Below the pieces are notes generated by a model that saw only the letters and a program-made list of their open reading frames with translations, had not been told where the DNA came from and did no database searches. 64,000 nt of DNA from Chitinophagales bacterium (lineage in GTDB: Bacteria; Bacteroidota; Bacteroidia; Chitinophagales; CAIOSU01), in NCBI GenBank assembly GCA_026003335.1, contig BPHB01000004.1, forward strand, positions 2,316 to 66,315. The letters run 5' to 3'. Of this stretch, positions 16,522-27,579 are shown one piece after another (position 1 is the first letter of the stretch; each line of letters starts with the position of its first letter). The translations under genes and the position numbers were made by a program.

Positions 16522-17556
16522 ATGTCAGGGAAAAGAGAAATGTCGGTAAATATTGACAAGAGCATGTTGGAGGATTCAGTGGAAGACATGGATGATATTG
16601 TCATCGACGGTCTTGATGTGGAAGATGACTTTCAAGGGACGGAGGATGATGTAGAGGAGGATGGTTATTACCTTGATGAAGAGGAAGAAAGAGAAGTCTT
16701 AACAGATGAAGAGGGGGAATCATTGGATAAAGAAGAGGGGGAAGGTACCCCCCTCTCTTCTTTGTTTATAGAGTATTTGAAAGATAATGGTGTTGAAATA
16801 CCTGAAGGTGTTTCAACATATGAAGATTTGGTTTATCATCTGCTGAACGAGCCTAAAGAAGAAGAGGTAGATGATGATGTGAAAATCATCAAAGAGATAG
16901 GACTTGACAATTATCTGCGTGAACATCTGTTCGGACAGAAAGAATTGACGGAGAAGATAGAGCAAATCAATTCTTTTGGGGAAGCCGAATTGTTGTATGA
17001 GTACTTCAGAACGCTTGGATATGATGAAGACAAGATAAACGACAAAGTCAACAGAATCTTGTCAAGAAGCAAGGATTATGTGGAGTCTTATGTGTCTGAC
17101 GTAAAAGAAGAGCTTGTTTCAAGAGCAAAAAAAGAAGTAGAATCCACTGTCCGTGACCGTCTTGAAAAAATACTTTCGGAAACGAAAGAGCAAAGCAAAA
17201 CTGTTGAAGAAGCATATGCTTCTTTTGTACAGGAGGTGGATAAGGTGTTACCTTCCTTTAACCGTTTCCTTGACTTTGAAGTAGATGATTCAAGAAAAAA
17301 AGAATTGAGACGTTTCGTGACGGAAATGAACGAACAAGGGTATACTCATTTTGAATCATTCGTTCAGCAACCTGAAAACCTTGTGAAGATGGCTTATATG
17401 GCTTTGTATTTTGATGATATCATCAATTCGGTGTACAAAAAAGGTTATATTGAAGCACAAAGGAAACTTTTGAAAGACACTACCGTACCTCAACAAGGGA
17501 AAGGTAATGGGAATAGAGGTAACTCATTGAACCTTAACGTAATGAACGAATATTAA
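16522..17556 (+). CDS. acidic coiled-coil protein upstream of the capsid gene (putative scaffold)
   Basis: Very acidic N-terminus and helical body; position matches the crAss-like capsid module. Confidence 0.6.
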   Translation: MSGKREMSVNIDKSMLEDSVEDMDDIVIDGLDVEDDFQGTEDDVEEDGYYLDEEEEREVLTDEEGESLDKEEGEGTPLSSLFIEYLKDNGVEIPEGVSTYEDLVYHLLNEPKEEEVDDDVKIIKEIGLDNYLREHLFGQKELTEKIEQINSFGEAELLYEYFRTLGYDEDKINDKVNRILSRSKDYVESYVSDVKEELVSRAKKEVESTVRDRLEKILSETKEQSKTVEEAYASFVQEVDKVLPSFNRFLDFEVDDSRKKELRRFVTEMNEQGYTHFESFVQQPENLVKMAYMALYFDDIINSVYKKGYIEAQRKLLKDTTVPQQGKGNGNRGNSLNLNVMNEY

Positions 17557-17586
17557 TTATATTTGTAACGAAAACTTGTATATATT

Positions 17587-19014
17587 ATGAGAATAGCCAA
17601 TCAGGTAATGGACCTTAACGGGGATAAGACCTTCACCAAGTCGGCGCTTAGCCGCTTCCTGAAAGAGTCTACTCCGTTACAGAACAAAACATTCCGTTTG
17701 TTCCCTCAGTTCTCACTTCAGTATCTCTTACAGTCGATGGGGCGTATCCATGAAATCAAATATGACGGTACCCCTTCATTGACTACCAACAACTCTTATC
17801 TTGAGTGGGAACTTGAAACGAATCATTACGACTTAATCCCCATTACCGGTGACTTTACCGGTAATGAGACTAATGTCGGGGCTAACGTACAGCCTTTCAC
17901 CATCTGCTTTGCCCGCAAGTATTATTATCCTTTTGACCGTATCCGTCTTGAAAACGGCCAGATTTTAAGTGTGCTTGAGCCTGAGCCCGTACAAGTAGCC
18001 GCAAACAAATGGCGCTATACGGTTCGTCTTCAGACTAATGATCCTAACGAAGTAGTGGACGCACGCTATCTGGTTCCCGGTCGTATGACCAGCTTCATGT
18101 ATTCGGACTTCCCTGAATTGTCCGTTCGCGGTTATATGCGTATGAGCGGCAAAAAAGAAAGACACCGTGAATACTTGAAAGTAGAGCGTGTGTCTTTCAG
18201 CATTTCAGGGCATGCTGCAAGCACTTACTATGTGGTTGAAGACGAAAACTCAAAAGGCAAACAATTCTATTTCCTGAACAAAGCGGAGAAAGAAGCGCTT
18301 GAGGAGCTGGCGTACAAGAAAGAGATGTATCTGATCTACGGTAAGTCAAGCGTGGATGAGACAGGCAAGTGTTATCAACAGGATGCACGCGGCTTTGACA
18401 TCATATCCGGTAATGGTATCATCAACCAGATTGACCCCTCTTGCAAGGTGAACTACACCAAGTTGACCAAGCGCCTGTTGCAGGATATCATCACTGAGAT
18501 GATATTAAAGTCCGGGCGTGACGCGCAGGATGGTGTTGAGATCATATTGATGACAGGCATCCACGGCTATAATCTGTTCCAGCGTCTGATGGAAGACAGC
18601 ATGAAGCCGGGCACGGTGGTATATGAAAAACGCAACGGCGACAAGATTACGCTTGGCGGCAACTTCACCGAGTATATTTTCGGCAAAGGGCGTGTGATCC
18701 TTGCCCATAACTCGGTATTTGATGCTCCAAGCCTTGCTTCCGATGTGGACGAGAACGGTCATCGCCTGGAGTCGTACCGTATGCTCTTTATTGACAACTC
18801 CAAGTATGACGGGGAATACAATATTGCTACCTTTACCCGTAAAGGCCGTGCGTTGGTATATGGCGAGCTGTTGGGTCTTGGTGGCCGTGACGGTACCACC
18901 TCCGGTAAGATAGCGACCAGCGTGGACGGCAGTTCGTACCACTGGCTGAGTGAGATCGGAGTACGTATGCTGAACCCCTATTCTTCGTATATGCTTGAAA
19001 AAGTGATTGTTTGA
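17587..19014 (+). CDS. major capsid protein (crAss-like)
   Basis: 475 aa. LEWEL, FARKYY, WRYTVRL, FPELSVRG, SISGHA, ISGNGIINQI, MTGIHGYNLF, HNSVFD, LESYRM and ATSVDG match the recalled crAss-like capsid pattern. Confidence 0.85.
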   Translation: MRIANQVMDLNGDKTFTKSALSRFLKESTPLQNKTFRLFPQFSLQYLLQSMGRIHEIKYDGTPSLTTNNSYLEWELETNHYDLIPITGDFTGNETNVGANVQPFTICFARKYYYPFDRIRLENGQILSVLEPEPVQVAANKWRYTVRLQTNDPNEVVDARYLVPGRMTSFMYSDFPELSVRGYMRMSGKKERHREYLKVERVSFSISGHAASTYYVVEDENSKGKQFYFLNKAEKEALEELAYKKEMYLIYGKSSVDETGKCYQQDARGFDIISGNGIINQIDPSCKVNYTKLTKRLLQDIITEMILKSGRDAQDGVEIILMTGIHGYNLFQRLMEDSMKPGTVVYEKRNGDKITLGGNFTEYIFGKGRVILAHNSVFDAPSLASDVDENGHRLESYRMLFIDNSKYDGEYNIATFTRKGRALVYGELLGLGGRDGTTSGKIATSVDGSSYHWLSEIGVRMLNPYSSYMLEKVIV

Positions 19015-19032
19015 TTTTAAAAGATAGTATAT

Positions 19033-19920
19033 ATGACTTTGATTAAAGAGTCTCCCGGTAAAACGTATATAGGGACGCAAGAATATACCGATGAGTTTGG
19101 CAACAAGTTAACCAAGGTGGTTCTCCGCGTGAAAGACAAGAAGTATTCCGGGAGGGTGTTCCGTGTGTACCCGGTGATGGATCGTTCCGGGCGGCTGCTG
19201 AAAGACCAGCCGGACATACCGGAAGCAGAGCGTCCCAAGTATTTGTATGTAGTGGATAACGAGACCAATGTTGCCATATGGGATGGGTATACCCTGAATT
19301 TGGAAGATCCGAAAGACAATATAACGTGGGGTTGGCTACGTCACTGCACCCATATCATAGCTCCGTCGAAAGAGGAAGCACGGCGTAATGCCCGGTGTAT
19401 CTTTTATGTAGAGAACACCGTAGAAGAAGCTAAGAAGACGGTAAGCATGGAACGCCTGATCATAGAGTATAAGTCCAAGATCTTCAGGCTTGATGAGAAA
19501 GAGCAGCGCGACTTGTTGCGTTGTGCGAATGAGTTCATCGAGGACAAGACGAAAGAAGAGGTGGAAGCCTTGTTGTTAAAACGCATCGATGAAGAAGTAG
19601 AGCAGAAGATCGTAGACAAGCCGGGCACCGTCACTTTCTATTTAAACAACCCTGACCAGCGCCGTCGCCGTATCCTTGCTTTACGCCTGATTGAAGCCGG
19701 CAAGATCGTCCATGACCGCGGTATGTATTTCGCTGCGGGCGAAGCTATCGCTTCTTCATTGGATGAGCTGATGAAGTTCCTTGCCGACCCTAAACGGCGC
19801 CATATGGTGGAGCTATGGATGCAAGAGATATACGGATCGGCGGAGATGGAGGAAGCCCCGGAGGCAGAGTCAGATACTCCCGCCGTGGAGTCTAAGACTA
19901 AAAGTAAATCGAAATCATAA
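19033..19920 (+). CDS. conserved crAss-like protein downstream of the capsid gene
   Basis: DGYTLNLEDPKDNITWGWL...IIAPS...FYVE pattern and gene position. Confidence 0.6.
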   Translation: MTLIKESPGKTYIGTQEYTDEFGNKLTKVVLRVKDKKYSGRVFRVYPVMDRSGRLLKDQPDIPEAERPKYLYVVDNETNVAIWDGYTLNLEDPKDNITWGWLRHCTHIIAPSKEEARRNARCIFYVENTVEEAKKTVSMERLIIEYKSKIFRLDEKEQRDLLRCANEFIEDKTKEEVEALLLKRIDEEVEQKIVDKPGTVTFYLNNPDQRRRRILALRLIEAGKIVHDRGMYFAAGEAIASSLDELMKFLADPKRRHMVELWMQEIYGSAEMEEAPEAESDTPAVESKTKSKSKS

Positions 19921-19940
19921 TTTAAAAGATAGCGGTTGGT

Positions 19941-20567
19941 ATGGACAGCTTACAGTTATATGAGCGTTTCTTAATGGACATAGACAAATACCAGACTGCG
20001 GTTGCCGACATAGAGGAATTCAACCGTTATGCGGCCCGTGGTTTGGATGAGTTCATTGCCAACCGCTATGCTGAGTTTGAGATGGTACAAAAGCGTACGG
20101 ACGACTTGCGTTTGTTTGTGCGCCAGGCAACCCTGACACGGACATCGCAGTCCGTCCCTTTTGTACTTCCGGACGATTACCGTCATATGTTACTTGTGAC
20201 GGCTACAAGTCCGGGTGACGGGTGCCGCCCTGATTATAACGTCGTATTGAAGAAATATACGGCGGATATCAAAGGGTACGGCACCTTTAATTATTATTAT
20301 ATGCCGTCGGAAGATAATCGCTTCTATCAGATCATAGAAGACAGGCTGATTATCATGCCTGACGACCTGTTGTCTGTCTATATAGAATACATACACCAGC
20401 CGGTGGGCTTCTTCATAGACCCGTCTACGTTTCAACCCAATGGGTATGAACTGCCTGACCCGGTGTGTGAACAGATATTGCAGATTATGACAAGACAATA
20501 CAGGGGCGATGTCTTTGAATCGGCATACCAGATATCGGTTAATGAAACTCAGTTAAAAAAGAATTAA
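19941..20567 (+). CDS. tail ring/adaptor protein
   Basis: FEMVQKRTDDLR, LPDDYRHML, IEYIHQP and ELPDPVCEQI, typical of crAss-like ring proteins. Confidence 0.65.
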   Translation: MDSLQLYERFLMDIDKYQTAVADIEEFNRYAARGLDEFIANRYAEFEMVQKRTDDLRLFVRQATLTRTSQSVPFVLPDDYRHMLLVTATSPGDGCRPDYNVVLKKYTADIKGYGTFNYYYMPSEDNRFYQIIEDRLIIMPDDLLSVYIEYIHQPVGFFIDPSTFQPNGYELPDPVCEQILQIMTRQYRGDVFESAYQISVNETQLKKN

Positions 20568-20588
20568 GTACGGAAAACCTCATAAGTT

Positions 20589-21404
20589 ATGATATTTCAA
20601 GTAGAAAAGTACCTTGTCGTAAATGACGACTCTCAACTAAGGGTCTTCTTCTATAATAACGCCGGCGCTCAGATTACCACCTTCAATAATCCTGACGACC
20701 GGGTGTACATGGAAGGATTCGCCGAATTCAAGAAGAAAGAGATTGAGTGGCACGTCATAGACGACTACCAAGCCCCGTTGCCGGAGATCATAGAGATCGA
20801 TTTCTCTTCCGCTCCGGTCAACCTTGGAGATGAGTATATCGTCACGGTGAAGCTCTTCAATCTCCATTTCTGGACTGCCGAACAGGAACCTGTGGGTCAC
20901 TATTGGCGTACTAACTTCGTCGTAGACACAAGCGTGACTACCGTAGCGCAGCTGGTGAGCCGTCTGGCTGACCATATCAATTACGACGGGGTGTATAGCG
21001 ACAAGCCGCCATTTACGGCTACCGCTGCCGGTAACGTATTGCGTATTACTACCAAGCCCGGCGTGAAAGCTACCGTAGGCGTTGAGCGCCCGGATAATGT
21101 AGCACCTCTCCCTGTCACCATCGTGCAGCGTGCTGATGAGGGTAAAGGGACGTACGACATCGTGGCACGCCTTGTTAACGAAAAAGAGCGCAAGCCTTTG
21201 CAGCCTTCTTATGAATGGCATAACTCCCCCATCAAAGGGAACAAATACAAGACTTATGTGTGGAAGGTGCGCAAGCCCTATCCCGACATCATCGGAGGGC
21301 ATACGCTCCCCGGCGAGTCTCATGACCATTCAAACACCTTCTTTGTCTTCGTGAATACTGAGCTCACCCCGCTCATCACGGAACTTGATAAAGTAGTGCC
21401 ATAG
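20589..21404 (+). CDS. structural protein (possible auxiliary capsid protein)
   Basis: Beta-rich; GKGTY and PIKGNKY motifs; followed by a terminator. Confidence 0.55.
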   Translation: MIFQVEKYLVVNDDSQLRVFFYNNAGAQITTFNNPDDRVYMEGFAEFKKKEIEWHVIDDYQAPLPEIIEIDFSSAPVNLGDEYIVTVKLFNLHFWTAEQEPVGHYWRTNFVVDTSVTTVAQLVSRLADHINYDGVYSDKPPFTATAAGNVLRITTKPGVKATVGVERPDNVAPLPVTIVQRADEGKGTYDIVARLVNEKERKPLQPSYEWHNSPIKGNKYKTYVWKVRKPYPDIIGGHTLPGESHDHSNTFFVFVNTELTPLITELDKVVP

Positions 21405-21434
21405 GTATTAGCTTGGGTTTTAAAAAGGATCATT

Positions 21435-21470
21435 AAGCAGGGGATTCGCTTTGCGGTTTCCCTGCTTTTT
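21435..21470 (+). terminator. intrinsic terminator
   Basis: aagcaggg/ccctgctt stem followed by a T-run. Confidence 0.75.
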
Positions 21471-21498
21471 CTTATTTTAGAAGTGAAATAGACAGCTC

Positions 21499-22149
21499 AT
21501 GGCTACGTTAAGACAGATAGCCTCCATCGTCCAGAACTCTATAAGCGGAGGACGTGGTGTCACCAACGAAAGGCTCCCCTTCAACCAGATTGTCGACGAG
21601 GTGGTATTTACTTATGCCCGCATAGCGGACGAATACTACCGTCAAGGAGCATTTACCGTGGAGGAATACAATCAATTCTTTATGAGGGTGGATTGTGTTC
21701 CCGTGGAGTGTAAGCCTGCATGGGAGTGCTGTGACGGTCTCTCTTCCGATGAGAAAGTATTGGTGGCTGCCATCCCTAATACCAAACGCATACGCTGGGT
21801 AGGGACCGTGGATAATAAGCATACGTTCCCCTTGGTGATTGGCAGTGCGGGGCGTCATTACGGGCATTCACGCTTTATGAAGAAGAGCTATGCGTGGCTG
21901 GTGAACAGCAACCGGCTGGTGATCATGAATCCCCCAACCCCTTCGTTGAAGGTAATAGCCATAGAGGCGTTCTTTGAAGACCCGCGTAGGTTGACTTTTG
22001 AATGCTGCCCGGGTGGTATAGATACTGAATTGCCTGCCCCCAATAAGTTCATAGACCTGATTACCGGCAAGCTGATTGAGAGCTATATAAGACAGCTGGG
22101 AGCCGTCCCCTCTGTCAATCAGCCCAACACTCAAACCGATCAGATATGA
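21499..22149 (+). CDS. tail ring protein
   Basis: MATLRQIA...SGG, Cys cluster and AFFEDPR, a crAss-like ring protein pattern. Confidence 0.65.
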   Translation: MATLRQIASIVQNSISGGRGVTNERLPFNQIVDEVVFTYARIADEYYRQGAFTVEEYNQFFMRVDCVPVECKPAWECCDGLSSDEKVLVAAIPNTKRIRWVGTVDNKHTFPLVIGSAGRHYGHSRFMKKSYAWLVNSNRLVIMNPPTPSLKVIAIEAFFEDPRRLTFECCPGGIDTELPAPNKFIDLITGKLIESYIRQLGAVPSVNQPNTQTDQI

Positions 22150-22670
22150 AAGTGAGGGAAGTGATGCGTATCATACACTGGGCAGGAGATATATCTGTAT
22201 TTAAGCTGCAAGGGAACGTCCCCGGGCGTGATAAGAAGTCATTATATGGATTCCCGGTACTCAGAGGGTATCACCTGCTGCCCGCTTTCCTGTGGCGTAC
22301 TTTCACTTGGGGATTCAAGAAGAAAGAGAAAAAATACAAGCTCCTGAAGGTGATTGGCGACTTTATAGGGAAAGCCATCGCTTATATCTTGTTCGTCAAA
22401 GTCAAGCCTGTCAGGATGTGGGGGATTGAAATCATACCATGCCGGATGAACTACTATGAAATCAAACAGAATATACGGTTTGATTTGGATATAAGTAAGA
22501 AACAGCTGATGGCACTGGATTATCAGGTGCCTGTCGGTTTGATACGCAGGGTATCAAATAAAAAGAAAGTGTTGGCATACATATACCCTTCAAAGAGGTA
22601 TGTGACAGCGTTCATTGCTAACATGTATATGCTTAACGGAGAAAGCTATGCTGAAAGCAACTCAAAATAA
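22146..22670 (+). CDS. basic hypothetical protein (position of the IHF-like gene in crAss tail modules)
   Basis: 174 aa, Lys-rich; ATGA overlap with the upstream gene. Confidence 0.55.
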   Translation: MKVREVMRIIHWAGDISVFKLQGNVPGRDKKSLYGFPVLRGYHLLPAFLWRTFTWGFKKKEKKYKLLKVIGDFIGKAIAYILFVKVKPVRMWGIEIIPCRMNYYEIKQNIRFDLDISKKQLMALDYQVPVGLIRRVSNKKKVLAYIYPSKRYVTAFIANMYMLNGESYAESNSK

Positions 22671-23379
22671 CCTTAGGTGGGTGTCGTATAAGGTAGTCAT
22701 ACAGCGCCTGTATGACGAATATATGATACAGGATCTGCCGGAGCATGTCGTATTGCAACACATATGGGACTGCCTTGACGTCATTGGGGGACTGGGTGTC
22801 TCCCGGTATCTTGCAGTAGTGAAGATAGAGGATCATAAGTTTTACCTCCCTTGTAACCTCTTCGATATCATCTCTTTGACACGCAAGATAGATAACCGGC
22901 CGGCCCCGCCCCATCCATGGGAAATGACTTTCAGCGAATATGGCAATATGGAGAGGACGGCATTGGAACGCCGCCATTTCAAAGGGGAATACCAAGACAA
23001 CTATGTAAATATACCGCGCGGAGAGCGTGTCGATTACATCATAGATGATTCGTTCTATGATGAGAGAGGGTATTATGCAAAGACGAATGTAACCGGCATA
23101 GAGGCTTATCTTGAATATTCAGGATTGAAGCTTGATGAAGAAGGGTACCCTTTGATAGCTGAGAGCCACGTTCCGGCAGTGCTTGCTTATGTAGCTTACC
23201 GCTATGATTATGCCCGGTTCAGGGCTAAGATGCTGGAACCAGCTATCTATCAAGAGTCATACAGACAGTGGGAGATGGCTAAACAAGAAGCTATGCGTGG
23301 GCGGTTTAACAGGAATGAACTGGATAAAGCGCTTAAAGTACTGTATAGTTATAATAGAAATAACTACTGGGGTATATGA
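22648..23379 (+). CDS. tail tubular/ring protein (P22 gp4-like)
   Basis: YLPCNL and YSGLKLDEEGYPLI motifs. Start moved to ATG 22648. Confidence 0.65.
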   Translation: MLKATQNNLRWVSYKVVIQRLYDEYMIQDLPEHVVLQHIWDCLDVIGGLGVSRYLAVVKIEDHKFYLPCNLFDIISLTRKIDNRPAPPHPWEMTFSEYGNMERTALERRHFKGEYQDNYVNIPRGERVDYIIDDSFYDERGYYAKTNVTGIEAYLEYSGLKLDEEGYPLIAESHVPAVLAYVAYRYDYARFRAKMLEPAIYQESYRQWEMAKQEAMRGRFNRNELDKALKVLYSYNRNNYWGI

Positions 23380-26300
23380 AGAACGAACAGTTTGTCAATA
23401 GATTCAATAAAGGGATGGTGAAGGACGGACACCCTTCATTGCAACCTAATGACTCTTACCGCCATGCCGAAAACATACATGCCATCAATTTCGACGGTGA
23501 GAGTTTTATAGTCACCTCCGCCTTAGGTAATGAGCTTCGTTCTTCGCTCACCCGTGGCTTTCATGTCATAGGCCATGCCGAAGTGGGGGGGGTGTCCTAC
23601 CTGCTGTCTTATAACCCCGACACCAACCGGACGGAGTTGGGTATGTTCCCCTCTTTTGAAATAAATAATGACTTGCCGCAAGCCGGCATCGCCGATCCGG
23701 TAAGCAAGCGCAGGAATATAGTGTATGAATATAAGCCTCTATATAACTTCAATAATTCTGGTGTAAGGGCACCGTTCCGTACCGGCCAGCTGGGGTATGA
23801 CCATACCCCCGTGAAGATGATAGGACGCATAGACTATGACAATTCGGTCATACTGTATATGACCGACGGTAAAAGGCCTGTTTATAGGGTTAATACCGGC
23901 GTCCGTGTCTTTGAAGATTATATGCAGCTTAATGCCATCAGTTATGATGAAGCTTCATTGAAAGACATCGCTACGCTTGTCGGCTTCCCCGACTCCCTGC
24001 CTGTCATTGACTTTTTAAGACATGAGGATGGACGTCTCCCCTATGGCCGGTATATCTACCATATCTATTACCGTACAAGAGACGGCTTGGATACGCCTGT
24101 GTTGGCTTCCTCTTCATGGGTAGATGTGATATTGGACGGCACGTCGGACCGTAGCCCGCGCTATGAGAACACCAAATATGAGAATACCGGCTTGTATGAC
24201 AGTTATACAAGCAATAAATCAAATGTACTTCAGATATCAAACCTTGATAACCAGTTTGATTATGTGAGGGTAGTTGTGGAATATATAAGAGATAACGGTG
24301 AGCGCCATTATTATGAGATAGACAAAGATTACCCTATACAAGGATCATCGGTTACTATTGAACATACGTATATAGAAAACAAGATAGACGCCTCTCAGGA
24401 CGTAATCAATGAAGTGAGAAGCAACATATACACATGCGTGGATATGACGGAAGGCTTTGGCCGCCTTCTGCTTGCCAATATTAAGTCAGACATGGATGTA
24501 GATATAGACGCTGATTTGAGGGCATTCGCTAAGACCATACAAGTAGAGTTTGTGCCTCAGGCGTCAGAACAAGTCTTCTTTTACGGTAAGGGCTATACCA
24601 AAGGCGTAGATATACATAACCCCTACGGTTTAATAAAAAATACTTTTAATATCAGCAAAGAGACATTCGCAGCCTATGGCTATTGGTCTAATCCATACAA
24701 TATATATTATGATGTAGGCTACTTCCCCGGCGAATGCTATTCATTTGCAATAGAATTCGTATTGAGAGGGGGAATCAGGACCCAGGCATATAATATAGGT
24801 GAGTTCTGGGTACCTGATCAGTTCGTGAGGGTATTGAATGCCGGACAAGCCGGGGTCTATAATTATAAAGTCAAATTCTCCGTTCCTGTACTCCCGGCAT
24901 CTTTAAGGGATAAAGTGATTGCATTCCGTTTCCTGCGTAGTGAACGGAATGCTTATAAAGAATATGTAGGGGTATGTGTTAATATGTATGGATTTGTGGA
25001 GGGAAGCGATCAGTTCAATGAACACCTTGCATACAGGCTGGACAGCAATGGTGCCCCTTTAAATTTGCCTGATAAAGCAGGATATACCAAGCTTCAAAAC
25101 CCTTCTTGGGGACCTGTGAGAAAGTATGATTGGGATGAACGCGTAAATGATGATAAGATAAAAGGGATCCCTTTCAAGTATTACCCCGTCCCTTTTGGTA
25201 ACTTCCGCATGTATGGCGAACAGGAGGAGTCGACAGACAACCATCTCTATGAACAGTCTATCATGGGATTCTTCGCTTCTAAGCATCTGGCTTTTTATAG
25301 CCCGGACTTATTGATGGATATAAGGGAGCGGAACAATGAGCGCTTTTATTTTCATAAGATAGGGTATGTGGATGCGTATCCCTTCTCTTTCACTACCATA
25401 ATAGGAGGAGATCGCGATGCTTGGGTGAATGCAGCCGTAAGTCCCCTTGACTATTTCCATGCACCCCCTAATTCATTGGCATCCGCCTCTCCTGCCCCTT
25501 ATTCCGTCATGCTGGCACTGCATTATGAAGGAGATAACGCCCCTAACCCTCTGGATATGGGTGCCGCCATGCTGACAAAAGCTACGGATAAGGGTACAAG
25601 GATTGTGTTTTATGATGGAGGCAGTTCGGCGTGGGGTGCTGTTTACATGAGGGAAGAGAATCCGTACGTATGGAGTAAATACTACTCAATCCCCTCTTTG
25701 TCCGGAACTCCCGCCGTGGAGCCCGGCTTTAACACACCTACACATTACTTTACCGACGTGTATGAAAACAAGTATAAGTGTCACTTCAAAAACAACTACT
25801 ATGACGTTTATAGTCTTCAAGGGATAGCACCGGCAAACAAGGCTCATAGTATCTTTGGGCGCCATTTCGCTAATGCCATAGGACCCTTTGACGGAGCTTC
25901 TATGTTCTTAGGCTTGGATAACTCATTCACCGATGGGTCTGATGGCTATTCAAGGGCTGAATACAATGCGTTGCAAGGGCTTGTCGGCTTCCTTTCACGG
26001 TTCAGTGAGCGGCCTCAGGCTTCTGAACTGTATCCTGTCGAAGAAGTGCGGCAGTATAAATACATAAGTCAGTGGCATGAGCCTGAGTTGACTCCTGTCT
26101 TTTACACGGAAGGGATGGGTGACTGTTATCAAGGTGTATTCAGGTATAAGGTATATGAGCAGAAGGGTACGTCTAATATGCAATACATAACGATGATGTT
26201 ACCCATGTCATTCAACCCTTATGCCAGATATATTGACGTAGTGAATAATAAGGTGGCTGCCACCCATTTAAGACCGGAAAAAGATAGCGATAAAGAAGTG

Positions 26301-27560
26301 GTAACCCCACTGCCCGGCTTGGGCAACGGGTATGACATGAAGATAGGTAAAAGCATGTATGAGCTGATAGGGGCAAGCGAACCTGTGTCTCTGTTCAGGA
26401 ACCATGCAAGCGTCTTGTTCAATCTATTCTATCCTAACGTTTATGATTACTACACTTCTTCAAGCTATCCCGTACGTGTGATGTACAGTGCCCGTCAGGT
26501 GCAATCAAGCCCAGTAGATAACTACCGTGTATTTCGTGCCGTCGATTATCAAGATTATGATTACTCCATGGGGGAAGCTACGGCTATCAGGATGTGGGGA
26601 GACAAGTTAGTTCTTGTTCAGGAGCATGGCGTATCGGTTCTGCCTTTCGATGAGAAAGTGCTACTTGAAGATGGGGATATATTCATAGGAGGCTCCTCTG
26701 GTCTTGCCCCTTATCAACAGGTGATATCGCGCCAGTATGGCTCACAATTCAGAGATTCGGTATTGGTGAATGAGACCGGCGTTTACGGTGTGGACTGGGA
26801 TAAAAGGGACATCTGGTGTTTGCGTGGTGACGGCTTCAAACTGTTGGGTAGACATAAGATCTTTTCGTACCTGATGGATGCGGCAAGGGTAGGGGCAGAA
26901 AGCTGCGACCCGCTAAGGACGAAGCGTATATTTACTGCATATGACCCACGGTACCGCTATGTATACTTCTGCTTTCAAATGGTACGTGAAAACGACAGGA
27001 AAGAGCAGTTTACGCTTGCTTACAGTGAGGAGCTGGATGCGTGGGTCGGCTTCTTCTCATTCATACCGGCAGCTGTCATACCACTGCGTGAAGACCTGTA
27101 TAGTATAAATTATGATATAGATCAAGAAGGGATATGGTATCATTACTCAACCAGGGAGGAAGTGCCGGACTTGCAGGCATCCATAGCTAATTTCTATGGG
27201 CAACAACACGATGTTGTGATCCGTTTCATAGTGAACCCTGACCAGTTCATACAGAAAGTGTATGACACCCTCACTATCGTTAGCAACAAAGCTTATCCTG
27301 TACGTACGATATACAGGATAACGGATGATGAAGGAAATGTGATTGAGACTGATTTATTGTATAATGACGGTGTCCCTCAGAAACTTAATGTACTGACTAA
27401 CAGGTTTAAATATCGTGAAAATATTGTATATTCGTCTATACCCAAGACACCTACAAGGTGCAGGCAGAGGGACAAGTGGCTGGATGTGGAAATACATTAT
27501 CGTGCGTCTTGGCTTGAATTGCAACATATAATCACCGGGTACAGAAAATCAATGGTTTAA
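23376..27560 (+). CDS. tail muzzle/stabilization protein (P22 gp10-like)
   Basis: 1394 aa; NRFNKGMVKD...PNDSYRHAEN, LLLANI, GYFPGECY, YGSQ, LAYSEELDAWVGFFSF and RDKW. Confidence 0.75.
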   Translation: MKNEQFVNRFNKGMVKDGHPSLQPNDSYRHAENIHAINFDGESFIVTSALGNELRSSLTRGFHVIGHAEVGGVSYLLSYNPDTNRTELGMFPSFEINNDLPQAGIADPVSKRRNIVYEYKPLYNFNNSGVRAPFRTGQLGYDHTPVKMIGRIDYDNSVILYMTDGKRPVYRVNTGVRVFEDYMQLNAISYDEASLKDIATLVGFPDSLPVIDFLRHEDGRLPYGRYIYHIYYRTRDGLDTPVLASSSWVDVILDGTSDRSPRYENTKYENTGLYDSYTSNKSNVLQISNLDNQFDYVRVVVEYIRDNGERHYYEIDKDYPIQGSSVTIEHTYIENKIDASQDVINEVRSNIYTCVDMTEGFGRLLLANIKSDMDVDIDADLRAFAKTIQVEFVPQASEQVFFYGKGYTKGVDIHNPYGLIKNTFNISKETFAAYGYWSNPYNIYYDVGYFPGECYSFAIEFVLRGGIRTQAYNIGEFWVPDQFVRVLNAGQAGVYNYKVKFSVPVLPASLRDKVIAFRFLRSERNAYKEYVGVCVNMYGFVEGSDQFNEHLAYRLDSNGAPLNLPDKAGYTKLQNPSWGPVRKYDWDERVNDDKIKGIPFKYYPVPFGNFRMYGEQEESTDNHLYEQSIMGFFASKHLAFYSPDLLMDIRERNNERFYFHKIGYVDAYPFSFTTIIGGDRDAWVNAAVSPLDYFHAPPNSLASASPAPYSVMLALHYEGDNAPNPLDMGAAMLTKATDKGTRIVFYDGGSSAWGAVYMREENPYVWSKYYSIPSLSGTPAVEPGFNTPTHYFTDVYENKYKCHFKNNYYDVYSLQGIAPANKAHSIFGRHFANAIGPFDGASMFLGLDNSFTDGSDGYSRAEYNALQGLVGFLSRFSERPQASELYPVEEVRQYKYISQWHEPELTPVFYTEGMGDCYQGVFRYKVYEQKGTSNMQYITMMLPMSFNPYARYIDVVNNKVAATHLRPEKDSDKEVVTPLPGLGNGYDMKIGKSMYELIGASEPVSLFRNHASVLFNLFYPNVYDYYTSSSYPVRVMYSARQVQSSPVDNYRVFRAVDYQDYDYSMGEATAIRMWGDKLVLVQEHGVSVLPFDEKVLLEDGDIFIGGSSGLAPYQQVISRQYGSQFRDSVLVNETGVYGVDWDKRDIWCLRGDGFKLLGRHKIFSYLMDAARVGAESCDPLRTKRIFTAYDPRYRYVYFCFQMVRENDRKEQFTLAYSEELDAWVGFFSFIPAAVIPLREDLYSINYDIDQEGIWYHYSTREEVPDLQASIANFYGQQHDVVIRFIVNPDQFIQKVYDTLTIVSNKAYPVRTIYRITDDEGNVIETDLLYNDGVPQKLNVLTNRFKYRENIVYSSIPKTPTRCRQRDKWLDVEIHYRASWLELQHIITGYRKSMV

Positions 27561-27579
27561 TTCAAAATAGATAAGAGTT